From the NCBI GenBank assembly GCA_029851265.1, contig CP099827.1, forward strand, positions 111,107 through 175,106: a stretch of DNA of 64,000 nucleotides, written 5' to 3'. The notes below the pieces were generated by a model. The model was not told where the DNA came from, searched no databases, and worked only from the letters and a program-made list of their open reading frames with translations. Origin of the DNA: Candidatus Shikimatogenerans bostrichidophilus (GTDB lineage Bacteria > Bacteroidota > Bacteroidia > Flavobacteriales > Blattabacteriaceae). Of the stretch, positions 41,759 to 56,553 are shown one piece after another (the first letter of the stretch is position 1; each line of letters starts with the position of its first letter). Both the position numbers and the translations under genes were made by a program.

Positions 41759-41865
41759 TTTTTTTAATTTATTTTTTTTTAATATATTATTAATATATAT
41801 TTTTTAAAAAAAAAAAATAAACAAATATATAAAAATAAAAAAAAAATTTATAATTTTTATATTAT

Positions 41866-44385
41866 ATGTATAAAGAAACTCCATTAATTAAACAATATTA
41901 TAATTTAAAATCAAAAAATCCAGATTATATTTTATTTTTTCAAGTAGGTGATTTTTATGAAATTTTTGGTTATGATGCTATTTTATGTTCTAAATTATTA
42001 GATATTACTTTAACTAAAAGAAATAAAAAAAATAATAATAGTATATATTTAGTTGGATTTCCATGTATTTCATTAGAAATCTATGTTAAAAAATTAGTAA
42101 AATATGGTTTTAAGGTAGCTATATGTGATCAAGATAAAAAAAAAAAAAATAATGATGATATTATTAATAGAAAAATAACAAATATAGTTACTCCAGGTCT
42201 TTCTATTTATGATAATATTTCAAATAAAAAAAATTTTCAAAAATTTATTACATCTATATATTTAAATAAAAAAAATTCATATTTAGGTATTTCTTTTATA
42301 GATTTTTCAACTGGTGAATTTTTTACTACTGAAGGAAAAATTAATTATATTAAACATATAATAAATTGTTATAATCCTAAAGAATTTTTTATTCAAAAAA
42401 GTAAAAAACAATTTTTTTACAAATATTTATATAATAATAATATTAAATTAAATATTTCTTTATTAAATGATAATTTATTTAATTATAAATTATTACATGA
42501 TAAATTATTAGAACATTTTAAGGTTTATTCTTTAAATTGTTTTGGAATAGAAAATATGAAATTTAGTGTTATTTCTTCTGGTATATTAATTTATTATATT
42601 AGTAAATATTATAATTTAAAATTAAATCACATAAATAATATAAAAATAATAGAAAAAAATAAATATGTTTGGATAGATGATTCCACTATTAAAAATTTAG
42701 AAATTATAAAATCTATAAATAAAAATGGAAAATCATTGTTTGATATATTAGATAATACATATACATCAATGGGATTTCGTCTTTTGAATAATTGGATTAT
42801 GTTTCCATTAAAAGATAAATTATCTATTAAATATAGACAAAATATTATTAATTATTTTTTAAAAAAAAATAATAAAAATAATAATATGCAATTATCTATT
42901 TCATATAATTTAAAAAAAATTTTTGATATAGAAAAGTTATTATCAAAAATTTCTAATAAAAAAATATTTCCTAATCAATTATATAAATTATTATTATCTC
43001 TAAAGAGAATAAATAATATTTTTAATATAATAAAAATTAATAATAATAATAAAATTTTTAATTTTAAAAAAAAATATATTTATAAGTTAAAAAAAATATA
43101 TAATAAAATATATAAAACTATAATTAAAAATCCTATTAATAATTTTAATAAAGAATTTTTTATAAAAAAAAAAATATCTAAAAAATTAGATAATTATAAA
43201 AAAATTTTTTATAAAAAAGAAAAACAAATAAATATATATTATAAATATATAAGTAATAAAATTAATATTAAATATTTAAAATTAAAATTTAATGATATTA
43301 TAGGTTATTACATAGATATTAAAAATAAAGATAAAAAAAAAATTCCTAAAGATTGGATAATAAAACAAAAATTATCATCTTATATTAGGTATACAAATAA
43401 TGTTATAAATAAATATGAATATAAAGTATATTATTTAAAAAAAAAAATTTTTTTATATGAAAAAATAATTTTTTATGAAATAATTGATTATTTAAATAAG
43501 AATATTTTTTTTTTAAAAAAAATAACATTTTTTATAGCTAAAATAGATGTTTTATTTTCTTTTTTTTTATGTGCTAAAGAAAATAATTATATAAAACCTT
43601 TAATAAAAAAAAATAATAAAAATAATATTACAATTATTAAAGGTAGACATCCAGTTATAGAAAAAAATATGTTTTTAACTAATAATTATATTCCTAATGA
43701 TATTTATTTAGATAATTATAATAATCAAATATTAATTATAACAGGTCCTAATATGTCTGGTAAATCAGCTATTTTAAGGCAAACAGCATTAATTATTTTA
43801 ATGGCTCAAATAGGAAGTTTTGTACCTGCTGAATATTTAGAATTTAATATAATAGATAAAATATTTACTAGAATAGGAGCATCTGATAATATTTCAATAG
43901 GAGAATCTACATTTATGGTAGAAATGAATGAAACTTCTAATATATTAAATAATTTTACTAAAAATAGTTTAATAATAATGGATGAAATAGGAAGAGGTAC
44001 TAGTACATATGATGGTATTTCATTATCATATTCTATAATAAAATATATAAATAATAGTAAATTAAAACCTAAATTATTATTTGCTACACATTATCATGAA
44101 TTAAAAGATTTATTATATAAATATAATTATATAAAATTTTATTATTTATCAATAAAAAAAATTAATAATAATTTTATTTTTTTAAGAAAATTAAAAGAAG
44201 GTCAAAGTAATAATAGTTATGGTATTTATATTGCTCAAATGGCTGGTATACCTAAAAAAATTATTAAAAATTCTAAAAATATATTTTTATTTTTAAAAAA
44301 AAAAAATAAAAAAAATTATTTTTTAAAAAAAATTTTATTTTTATTTTATTTAATTAAAAAAAAAATTAAATTTTTAATTAAATAA
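41866..44385 (+). CDS. mutS: DNA mismatch repair protein MutS
   Basis: TPLIKQY, VGDFYE, TGPNMSGKS, STFMVEM, DEIGRGTST and FATHYHEL. Confidence 0.97.
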   Translation: MYKETPLIKQYYNLKSKNPDYILFFQVGDFYEIFGYDAILCSKLLDITLTKRNKKNNNSIYLVGFPCISLEIYVKKLVKYGFKVAICDQDKKKKNNDDIINRKITNIVTPGLSIYDNISNKKNFQKFITSIYLNKKNSYLGISFIDFSTGEFFTTEGKINYIKHIINCYNPKEFFIQKSKKQFFYKYLYNNNIKLNISLLNDNLFNYKLLHDKLLEHFKVYSLNCFGIENMKFSVISSGILIYYISKYYNLKLNHINNIKIIEKNKYVWIDDSTIKNLEIIKSINKNGKSLFDILDNTYTSMGFRLLNNWIMFPLKDKLSIKYRQNIINYFLKKNNKNNNMQLSISYNLKKIFDIEKLLSKISNKKIFPNQLYKLLLSLKRINNIFNIIKINNNNKIFNFKKKYIYKLKKIYNKIYKTIIKNPINNFNKEFFIKKKISKKLDNYKKIFYKKEKQINIYYKYISNKINIKYLKLKFNDIIGYYIDIKNKDKKKIPKDWIIKQKLSSYIRYTNNVINKYEYKVYYLKKKIFLYEKIIFYEIIDYLNKNIFFLKKITFFIAKIDVLFSFFLCAKENNYIKPLIKKNNKNNITIIKGRHPVIEKNMFLTNNYIPNDIYLDNYNNQILIITGPNMSGKSAILRQTALIILMAQIGSFVPAEYLEFNIIDKIFTRIGASDNISIGESTFMVEMNETSNILNNFTKNSLIIMDEIGRGTSTYDGISLSYSIIKYINNSKLKPKLLFATHYHELKDLLYKYNYIKFYYLSIKKINNNFIFLRKLKEGQSNNSYGIYIAQMAGIPKKIIKNSKNIFLFLKKKNKKNYFLKKILFLFYLIKKKIKFLIK

Positions 44386-44412
44386 ATATTATTATTTAAT
44401 TATAATATTTAT

Positions 44413-44485
44413 GCGATAGTAGTTCAATAGGTAGAACATAACCTTGCCAAGGTTAAGGTCACGGGTTCGATTCCCGTCTTTCGCT
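44413..44485 (+). tRNA. tRNA-Gly(GCC)
   Basis: Acceptor GCGATAG/CTTTCGC, anticodon arm TAACC-TTGCCAA-GGTTA. Confidence 0.95.
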
Positions 44486-44508
44486 TTATATTTTTTAATT
44501 TAAAATAA

Positions 44509-44598
44509 ACCTAGATGGTGAAATAGGTAAACACGCAGGACTTAAAATCCTGTAATTCAATTAAATGAATTATGCGGGTTCGATTCCCGCTCTAGGTA
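44509..44598 (+). tRNA. tRNA-Leu(TAA)
   Basis: Acceptor ACCTAGA/TCTAGGT, anticodon arm CAGGA-CTTAAAA-TCCTG, long variable arm. Confidence 0.95.
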
Positions 44599-44607
44599 TT
44601 TTTAAAT

Positions 44608-44650
44608 TAAAAATTTAATAAAAATTTAATAAAAATTTAATAAAAATTTA
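44608..44650. repeat. 11-bp tandem repeat (TAAAAATTTAA), about 3.9 copies, immediately upstream of dnaE
   Basis: Units start at 44608, 44619, 44630 and 44641 (the last lacks its final base). Confidence 0.85.
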
Positions 44651-44651
44651 T

Positions 44652-48811
<4,160 letters not shown>

Positions 48812-48830
48812 TAAATTATTAATTTTTAAT

Positions 48831-49766
48831 TTATATTATTTCATAATAATTTTTTTTTAATATTTTATATAAATTAATTTTTTTTTTTTTTTTAATTATT
48901 TTTTTTTTTTTTATTTTATGTATTTGTTTTTTATAAAATATACCAAAAGGTGTAGGTAATTTATTATTAATATTTTTAAAATTTGATAATATATATGATT
49001 TATATATATTTTTATAATTATGTATCCATAAATCGTTTATTGAATTATATTTATTATTTAAATTTACAATTTTTGGTATTTGACCATCTAATTTTATACC
49101 CCTTTTGTTACCAAAAATTAATGGTTTATTATTTTCTAAAAATATTATATTTTTTTTATTAAATTTTTTAAAAAAATTTTTATTATAAATAGGACAATTT
49201 TGATATATTTCTATACAAGATGTACCTATATGTTTATTAGCATATATTAAAATTTTTTGTAAATGATTAGGATAATTATCTAAAGTTCTAGCTACAAAAG
49301 TAGACCCTGAGCTTAAAATTAATGAAATAGTATTAAATGGTCTATATTTATTTTTTTTATTAGTTATAGATTTTTGTCCTTTTGTTAAACTATAAACTTC
49401 ATTATTAAAAATTAATATATTTAAATCTATATCTCTTCTTATAGTATGTAAAAAATTATTAGTACCTATTGAAAAACTATCTCCATCACCTGTTATAACC
49501 CAAACATTTAGGTTAGGATTAGATATTTTAATTCCAGTAGCTATTGAAAATGGTCTACCATGTATACCATGTATTCCATATGTGTTTATGTAATATGGTA
49601 ATCTTGATGAACATCCAATTCCTGAAACTAAAACAATTTCATTTTTATTTATTTTCAATTTTTCTAATATTTTTGCTAATTGAATTAAAATTGAATAATT
49701 ACCACATCCTAAACACCATTTAATTTCTTTTTTTTTTATATCTTTTTTATATTTTAAATAATTCAT
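48831..49766 (-). CDS. korB: 2-oxoacid:ferredoxin oxidoreductase subunit beta
   Basis: WCLGCG, VSGIGCSSR, HGIHGR, TPP motif GDGD..NN, YSLTKGQ and QNCP. Confidence 0.93.
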   Translation of the reverse strand: MNYLKYKKDIKKKEIKWCLGCGNYSILIQLAKILEKLKINKNEIVLVSGIGCSSRLPYYINTYGIHGIHGRPFSIATGIKISNPNLNVWVITGDGDSFSIGTNNFLHTIRRDIDLNILIFNNEVYSLTKGQKSITNKKNKYRPFNTISLILSSGSTFVARTLDNYPNHLQKILIYANKHIGTSCIEIYQNCPIYNKNFFKKFNKKNIIFLENNKPLIFGNKRGIKLDGQIPKIVNLNNKYNSINDLWIHNYKNIYKSYILSNFKNINNKLPTPFGIFYKKQIHKIKKKKIIKKKKKINLYKILKKNYYEII

Positions 49767-49851
49767 TTTTAAAAAAAATTTTAATAATTTATAAAAATTA
49801 ATTATAATAATATTATTATAATTGTTAATTATTTAATAAATTTAATTAAAT

Positions 49852-49939
49852 ACCCGAGTGGCGAAATGGTAAACGCTCTGAATTCAAAATTCAGTGATTA
49901 TAAATAAAAATCTTATGGGTTCGAATCTCATCTCGGGTA
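49852..49939 (+). tRNA. tRNA-Leu(CAA)
   Basis: Acceptor ACCCGAG/CTCGGGT, anticodon arm CTGAA-TTCAAAA-TTCAG, long variable arm. Confidence 0.93.
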
Positions 49940-49958
49940 TAATTTTAAATTTATTTTA

Positions 49959-52568
49959 ATGAATTTGTTAATAGAAAAAGTAATTAAAATTTTTTTTAAA
50001 AAATATAATAATAATAATTTTTATAATTATTATTTTATTTTACCTAATAAATATTATATAAATATAACTAAACAAATATATATTAAAAATAAAATATATG
50101 GTAATATTCCTAATATATTTTTATCAAAAAAATATTTTTTAGAAAAAATATCTAATTTAAAAATTATAGATAATAAATTATATTTTTTTAAAATATTATA
50201 TAATAATATAAAAAATGATAAAGAAATTAAAAATATTTATTTATATAAAATAATAAAATGGGTTTATACATTATTTTATGATTTTAATATTATAGATAGT
50301 GAATTAATAGATATTAAAAAATTTTTTAAATATAATATATATTCTTATAAAATATCTAAATGGTATCCTAATAAATATATAAATAATATAAAAAAAAGTT
50401 TTCAAGATTGGGAATATATATATAAATGTTATAAAATTTTAAAAAAAAAATTATTAAAAAAAAAAAAATCTTATCTAGGTTTAGCTAGAAGAATAGCTTA
50501 TATAAATATTGATAGGTATTTAAATGAAAATAATAAAAATTTTTTTATTATTATAGGTAATAACTATTTTACTAAATCTGAAAAAAAAATAATAGAAAAA
50601 ATATTAAAAAAAAAATTAGGATATTTTTATTTTGATATTGATTTAGAAAAAAAATATAATAATAAATATTATATATTAAAAAACAAAAATTTTAAAAATA
50701 AAATAAAATTAATTAAAACATTTAATAAAATAGATAAATATATAGTAGCTAGTAATTTAATTAAAAAAAACCAAAAAACAAGTATTATATTAAATAATAA
50801 TAATAAAATTTTATTAAATTATATATCACAAAATATAAATAAAATTAATATTTTAATATATGATAATTTTAATAATTTGAATATACATAAATTTTTTATT
50901 TCTATATTTAATTTAATTATTAATAAAAAAAAATATATATATAAAAAAAAAAAAATAGTTTTTTTTAATAAAGAATTATTAATAGATTTTTTTAATAATT
51001 TTTTTATTAAATTTTTAATTAAAAATAATAATATAATTAATTATTTAAATAAAACAAATAGTAAATATATTTTTTTAAAAAAAATTAAAAATATTATTAA
51101 AGAAAAAATATTATTAAATTTAATAATTATTAATAATAATAATTGTTTAGAATTTATATATTTATTAAAAATTATAATTAATATTTTATATATTAAAAAT
51201 AATAATTTAGAATATATAGATAATATTTATTTAGATAAATTATTTTTTTTTAACACATTTTTTTTAAAATTTTTAAAAAAAAATAAAACATTAAAAAAAA
51301 ATATTAAAATAAATATTTTATATAAAATTTATATATTTTATATTAAAAAAAATAAAATAAAAATTAATAATAATTATTTTAAATCAAATTTAGAAATATT
51401 AAATATTAAAAATTTAATTTTAAATAATTATAATAATGTTATAATAATTTTAAGTAAAAAAAAAATATATAAAAAAACTTATATAAGCTATGAAATACAA
51501 AAAAAATTTAATTTAAATTTTAAATTAAATGAAGAAATTTATATATATAAAATTAATAAATTATTAAATTTATCTAAAAAAATTTTTATAATATATAATC
51601 ATAAAAATATTATAACAAAAAAAATATTAAAACAAATAATAAATAATAAAAAATATAATATAAGTAAAACAAGTTATAAAAATAAATATATAAATTTTTC
51701 TCCACTAAAAAAAAATATAGAAATAGAAAAAAAAACATATAATATAATTAAAAAATTAAAGTATTTAAAAAATAATGGTTTTACTTTTACATTAATTAAA
51801 AATTATATAAATAATCCAATATTATTTTATTATAATAATATTTTAAATTTATATAATGATAATAATATATTTTTGGGGTCAATAATTCATAAAATTTTAT
51901 ACTCTTTGTATAAAAATTATATTAATATTAATCTTAATATTAATCATATTAAAAATATTAAAAATAATATAAATAATATTATAGATAAAAAAATTTATAA
52001 ATTTTATGATAAAAAAAAAATAATAATAGATAATAAATTATTGTATATATATAATATTATTAGAAAAAATATTAAAAATTTTATTTTTTGTGATGAAAAA
52101 TTAATTTTAAATGGTAATAATATAAATATTTATAAATTAGAAAAAAAATATAAAAAAAAAATAAAATTAAATAAAAATAATTTTACTTTTATAAAAGGTA
52201 AAATAGATAGAATAGATAAATTAAATAATAATTATAGAATAATAGATTATAAAATAAATTTTAAAAGTTATAATAGTTTAATATTTAAAAAAAAAAATAA
52301 TTTAGATGTTTTATTTAAAAAAAAAAAATATAAAAATCTTTTACAATTGTTAATATATTGTTTAATTTTTTTTAAAAAAAAAAATAAATATATATATTCT
52401 TCTATATATTTACCTTATAAAAAATCATATATTAAAAATGTAAAAATTAATAATAATAATAAAATTTATTATAAGACTATTAATAAATTAAAATATTTTT
52501 TATCAAAAAAAATATTAGAAATATTAAATATTAATAAAAATTTTTTAGGTGATTATTTATATTTTTAA
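49959..52568 (+). CDS. PD-(D/E)xK nuclease family protein (AddB/RexB-like), strongly eroded
   Basis: N-terminal ILPN; C-terminal GSIIH..L, IKGKIDRID, YRIIDYK and LQLLIY match the RecB-family nuclease module. Confidence 0.8.
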   Translation: MNLLIEKVIKIFFKKYNNNNFYNYYFILPNKYYINITKQIYIKNKIYGNIPNIFLSKKYFLEKISNLKIIDNKLYFFKILYNNIKNDKEIKNIYLYKIIKWVYTLFYDFNIIDSELIDIKKFFKYNIYSYKISKWYPNKYINNIKKSFQDWEYIYKCYKILKKKLLKKKKSYLGLARRIAYINIDRYLNENNKNFFIIIGNNYFTKSEKKIIEKILKKKLGYFYFDIDLEKKYNNKYYILKNKNFKNKIKLIKTFNKIDKYIVASNLIKKNQKTSIILNNNNKILLNYISQNINKINILIYDNFNNLNIHKFFISIFNLIINKKKYIYKKKKIVFFNKELLIDFFNNFFIKFLIKNNNIINYLNKTNSKYIFLKKIKNIIKEKILLNLIIINNNNCLEFIYLLKIIINILYIKNNNLEYIDNIYLDKLFFFNTFFLKFLKKNKTLKKNIKINILYKIYIFYIKKNKIKINNNYFKSNLEILNIKNLILNNYNNVIIILSKKKIYKKTYISYEIQKKFNLNFKLNEEIYIYKINKLLNLSKKIFIIYNHKNIITKKILKQIINNKKYNISKTSYKNKYINFSPLKKNIEIEKKTYNIIKKLKYLKNNGFTFTLIKNYINNPILFYYNNILNLYNDNNIFLGSIIHKILYSLYKNYININLNINHIKNIKNNINNIIDKKIYKFYDKKKIIIDNKLLYIYNIIRKNIKNFIFCDEKLILNGNNINIYKLEKKYKKKIKLNKNNFTFIKGKIDRIDKLNNNYRIIDYKINFKSYNSLIFKKKNNLDVLFKKKKYKNLLQLLIYCLIFFKKKNKYIYSSIYLPYKKSYIKNVKINNNNKIYYKTINKLKYFLSKKILEILNINKNFLGDYLYF

Positions 52569-53549
52569 TCCTAAACATTCTTTAATAAATAAAATTTTTT
52601 TTTTAGCTATTTTTTGGGATTTTTTATAACCTTCATATAAAATATTTTTTATAATTTTTTTATTATTTAATAAATAAAAAAAAATTTTTCTTTGTTTAGA
52701 ATAATAATATAATATATTTTTATATAACATTTTTTTTATAGTATAAAATCCTATTTTATTATTTTTTATTTTTTCTTTTATGTATATATAGTCTTCTTTT
52801 TTAGATATTATTTTATATATTTTAAATAAAGTAGTTTTTTTTATTTTTTTATATGTAATAGAATATATAGATTTATTAGTAGTTTTAATATTCATTATTT
52901 GTTTTTCTAATATATTTTTATCTTCAAAAATATCTATTATATTTTTTTTTGATTTACTCATTTTTTCACCATCTATACCAGGTATAATATAATTATATTT
53001 AATTTTATATTTTGGAATATTTAAAACTTTTTTATTTACCTTTTTATTAAAAGTTTGAGCTATTTTTCTTGTTATTTCTATATGTTGTATTTGATCTTTA
53101 CCTATAATTACTTTATCTATATCATATAATAATATATCTGAGGCCATTAAAATAGGATAATTTATAATTCCAGTATTATAATTTTTTTTTTTATTTTTAT
53201 AGTTTTTAATTACATGAGATAATTTTAATCTATTAAAAGGGAAAAAACAATTTAAATACCAAAATAATTCATTAATTTCTTTTATATCAGATTGTCTATA
53301 AAAATAAATATTTTTTTTTATATTTAAATTTAAAGACAACCATGTAGCAGCATTTTTATATATATTATTTTTTAAAATAATATAATTTTTATAATTTGTT
53401 ATAGAATGTAAATCAGCTATTAATATAAAAAATAAATCTTTTTTATATTTTTTTATATATGATATAGTAGGTAATATAACTCCAAATATATTACCTATAT
53501 GTGGATTACCTGAAGTTTGTAATCCAGTCATAAATTTTATTTTATTCAT
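52557..53549 (-). CDS. trpS: Tryptophan--tRNA ligase
   Basis: TGLQTSGNPHIGN, IADLHS, YPILMASDILLY, GKDQIQHIE and KMSKS. Confidence 0.97.
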   Translation of the reverse strand: MNKIKFMTGLQTSGNPHIGNIFGVILPTISYIKKYKKDLFFILIADLHSITNYKNYIILKNNIYKNAATWLSLNLNIKKNIYFYRQSDIKEINELFWYLNCFFPFNRLKLSHVIKNYKNKKKNYNTGIINYPILMASDILLYDIDKVIIGKDQIQHIEITRKIAQTFNKKVNKKVLNIPKYKIKYNYIIPGIDGEKMSKSKKNIIDIFEDKNILEKQIMNIKTTNKSIYSITYKKIKKTTLFKIYKIISKKEDYIYIKEKIKNNKIGFYTIKKMLYKNILYYYSKQRKIFFYLLNNKKIIKNILYEGYKKSQKIAKKKILFIKECLGLKI

Positions 53550-53609
53550 ATTTATTTATTTTTTAATTTTAAAATTAATAATAAAAAAAAAGTTAAGTTA
53601 TTATTTTAC

Positions 53610-53873
53610 CTATTTTTTTTTATTATTAGGTATTATATATACATATGTTTTATTATATTTTTTAATATATTTAATATATCCATATATTTTTGAATGTATA
53701 GTAAAATCTTTACTAATATATGTATTAATTCCAGAATAATATTTATTTCCTCTTTGTCTTAATATAATGTTTCCTGGTTTTGTAAAAGAACCATTAAATT
53801 TTTTAATACCTAATCTTTTACCTATTGAATCTCTACCATTTTTTGTACTACCTACTCCTTTTTTATGTGCCAT
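53610..53873 (-). CDS. rpmA: 50S ribosomal protein L27
   Basis: MAHKKGVGSTKNGRDS..RLGIK..RQRG. Confidence 0.99.
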   Translation of the reverse strand: MAHKKGVGSTKNGRDSIGKRLGIKKFNGSFTKPGNIILRQRGNKYYSGINTYISKDFTIHSKIYGYIKYIKKYNKTYVYIIPNNKKK

Positions 53874-54210
53874 ATTTTTTATTTTTTATTTTTTTTATAG
53901 ATATAATTTTTAATTTAGTTATTTGTTGTCTATGTCCTTTTTTTATATTATATCCTTTTCTTCTTTTTTTTTTAAAAATTATTATTTTATTATCTTTTAT
54001 ATTATTTATAATAATAGCATTAATAATAAAATTATTAATTAATGGTTTTCCAATTATAATATTATTATTATTATCTATAATTAATAATATATTTTCTTTA
54101 AAAATAATTTCTTTATTTTTTTCATGATTTAATCTATATATATATATAAATTTATTTGGTGATACTAAATATTGATGATTACCTAATTTTATAATTGCTT
54201 CTTTATACAT
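53863..54210 (-). CDS. rplU: 50S ribosomal protein L21
   Basis: AIIKLGNHQYLV, IGKP and FKKKRRKGY..GHRQ. Confidence 0.97.
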   Translation of the reverse strand: MYKEAIIKLGNHQYLVSPNKFIYIYRLNHEKNKEIIFKENILLIIDNNNNIIIGKPLINNFIINAIIINNIKDNKIIIFKKKRRKGYNIKKGHRQQITKLKIISIKKIKNKKYGT

Positions 54211-54223
54211 TTTTTATTTTAAT

Positions 54224-55693
54224 TTAAATTATTTTTTTTTTAAAAAAATTTGATATATCAAAATTTTTTTTAAAATATTTATTTATATTTTTAATTTTAT
54301 AGTTTATTTGTTTCATTGTGTCTCTATTTCTTATAGTTACTGTTTTATTTATAACACTTTTATTATCTATTGTAATACAATAAGGAGTTCCTATAGCATC
54401 TTGTCTTCTATATCTTTTTCCTATAGAATCTTTATCATCATATACTATATAATATTTATATTTTAAATTATTAAATATTTTTTTTGATATATTAATTATT
54501 TTACCTTTTTTTATTAAAGGTAATATAGCTATTTTAATTGGAGATATAAAAAATGGTAATTTTAAATATATTCGTTTTTTATTATTTATTTTTTGAATTT
54601 TTATAGATGAATAAAAAATTGAATAAAATATTCTATCTAACCCTAAAGATGTTTCTATTACATAAGGAAAAAATTTTTTATTACTTTTAATATCAAAATA
54701 TTTTAAATTTTTTTTAGATAATTTTTGATGATTTTTTAAATCAAAATCTTTTCTAAAATGTATTCCCTCTAATTCCTTAAAAGAATCAAAAAATTTAAAT
54801 TCTATATCTGTAGCAAAAGTAGTATAATGAGATAAATTTTTATGATCTTTAATTCTATATTTATTTTTACCTAAATTTAAAAAATAATGCCATTCTAATC
54901 TTGATTTTATCCAATATTTATACCATTTTTTTTCTTCTCCAGGAAAAATAAAAAATTGCATTTCCATTTGTTCAAATTCTTTAATTCTAAAAATAAATTG
55001 TTTAGAAATAATTTCATTTCTAAATGATTTACCTATTTGTGCTATACCAAATGGTATTTTCATTCTATTAGAATTTTTAATATTTTTAAAATTAACAAAA
55101 ATACCTTGAGCTGTTTCAGGCCTTAAATATGTATATTCTTTTTTTTTAAATGAATTAATTTTAGTTTTAAACATTAAATTAATTTTTTTTATTTTATCCC
55201 ATTTTAAAATTTTTGATAAATTATATTTAATAATTTTTTTTTTAAAAAATATATTTAATTTTTTTATTTTTTTTTTTTTAAATAATTTTAAAAATTTTAT
55301 TTTAATATTATTTATTTTAATATTATTTATTTTAATATTATTTTTATTATTTATTTTATATAAAATAAAATTTAATAATTCTTCTAAAATATAAATTTTT
55401 TTATTATAATAATTAATAATAAAATATTCATAAAAATTTTTTTTATGACCAGAAGCATCCCAAACTTTATTATTCATTAATATTGAAGTATCTACTCCTA
55501 CTATATTATCTCTATATTTAACCATATAATCCCACCAAAAATTTTTAATATTATTTTTCATTTCAATTCCATTAGGACCATAATCATATATTGATTTTAT
55601 ACCATTATATATTTCACTTGATTTAAATATAAATCCATAAACTTTAGCATGATTAATTATTATATCTATATTTTTTTTTTTATAATTTGTCAT
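54224..55693 (-). CDS. glyS: Glycine--tRNA ligase (homodimeric alpha2 type)
   Basis: YDYGPNG, VWDASGH, YLRPETAQGIF, GKSFRNEI, EFEQME and IGKRYRRQDAIGTP. True start is ATG 55693; the longer tracked ORF runs through tRNA-Phe. Confidence 0.96.
   Translation of the reverse strand: MTNYKKKNIDIIINHAKVYGFIFKSSEIYNGIKSIYDYGPNGIEMKNNIKNFWWDYMVKYRDNIVGVDTSILMNNKVWDASGHKKNFYEYFIINYYNKKIYILEELLNFILYKINNKNNIKINNIKINNIKIKFLKLFKKKKIKKLNIFFKKKIIKYNLSKILKWDKIKKINLMFKTKINSFKKKEYTYLRPETAQGIFVNFKNIKNSNRMKIPFGIAQIGKSFRNEIISKQFIFRIKEFEQMEMQFFIFPGEEKKWYKYWIKSRLEWHYFLNLGKNKYRIKDHKNLSHYTTFATDIEFKFFDSFKELEGIHFRKDFDLKNHQKLSKKNLKYFDIKSNKKFFPYVIETSLGLDRIFYSIFYSSIKIQKINNKKRIYLKLPFFISPIKIAILPLIKKGKIINISKKIFNNLKYKYYIVYDDKDSIGKRYRRQDAIGTPYCITIDNKSVINKTVTIRNRDTMKQINYKIKNINKYFKKNFDISNFFKKKII
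55296..55340 (-). repeat. In-frame 15-bp tandem repeat x3 within glyS (NNIKI x3)
   Basis: TTTATTTTAATATTA at 55296, 55311 and 55326. Confidence 0.85.
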
Positions 55694-55728
55694 GTATTTA
55701 AATTTTTTTTTAAAAAAAAATAATAATA

Positions 55729-55801
<73 letters not shown>

Positions 55802-55824
55802 ATATAATTTAATTTATAAAAAAT

Positions 55825-56553
55825 TTATATTTTTAAAAAATTAAAATCATATATATAAATATATTTTTTAAATATATTTAAATATTCTTCTAATGTAATA
55901 TTTATTCTTTTTAAAAAAAATATATCTATTTTTTTATTATTATAATATTTATTTATATTTTTTTTTTTATATAAATTATTATTAGCTATTATATCAATAG
56001 CTATATTTTTAGTTATATTTTTTATTATTTTATTTTTTACTTTAATATATTTTTTTTTATATTTTATACCAACTATTGATGAAAATTTATTATTATGATG
56101 ATTATAACAATTTACATAATCAGTTTTAATTTTAACAAAATCATAAATTATTATATTTTCTTTAAACATTAATTTATTTTCTAATATTTCTTCTATAACT
56201 GATTTATTATTATTTATTTTTGTATTTAAAATTTCTTTAATATTAACACAATTAAAAGAAATATTTATTATTTTTTTTAATAAAATTATAAAATTAATAT
56301 TTTTAGTAATAAAATCACTTTCTGTTTTAACTTTTATTATTACTCCTATATTTTTATTTTTGTTAATTTTTGAATATACTATACCATTATATAATTTTTC
56401 ATTATATTTTTTTTTTAATTCATTATTTTTTAAATATTTTATAGATTTTTTAATATTCCATTTTGTTTTTTTTAAAGATTCTTTACAAAGTTTAATACTA
56501 AATTTAGTAATTTTTCTTAATTCAATAATTTTTTGTATATAATTATTTTTCAT
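55825..56553 (-). CDS. tsf: Elongation factor Ts (divergent)
   Basis: ELRKIT..CKESL, TESDF, ENI and YNH; downstream of rpsB. Confidence 0.88.
   Translation of the reverse strand: MKNNYIQKIIELRKITKFSIKLCKESLKKTKWNIKKSIKYLKNNELKKKYNEKLYNGIVYSKINKNKNIGVIIKVKTESDFITKNINFIILLKKIINISFNCVNIKEILNTKINNNKSVIEEILENKLMFKENIIIYDFVKIKTDYVNCYNHHNNKFSSIVGIKYKKKYIKVKNKIIKNITKNIAIDIIANNNLYKKKNINKYYNNKKIDIFFLKRINITLEEYLNIFKKYIYIYDFNFLKI

Noticed and set aside
41822..41829. Bacteroidota -7 promoter motif TAnnTTTG (TATATTTG, minus strand) upstream of rnz
   Set aside because: Expected by chance at this AT content, and I found no convincing -33 element.
44608..44650. Tandem repeats as a CRISPR array (also 37566-37614)
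   Set aside because: Head-to-tail units with no spacers, too short, and no cas genes in the window.
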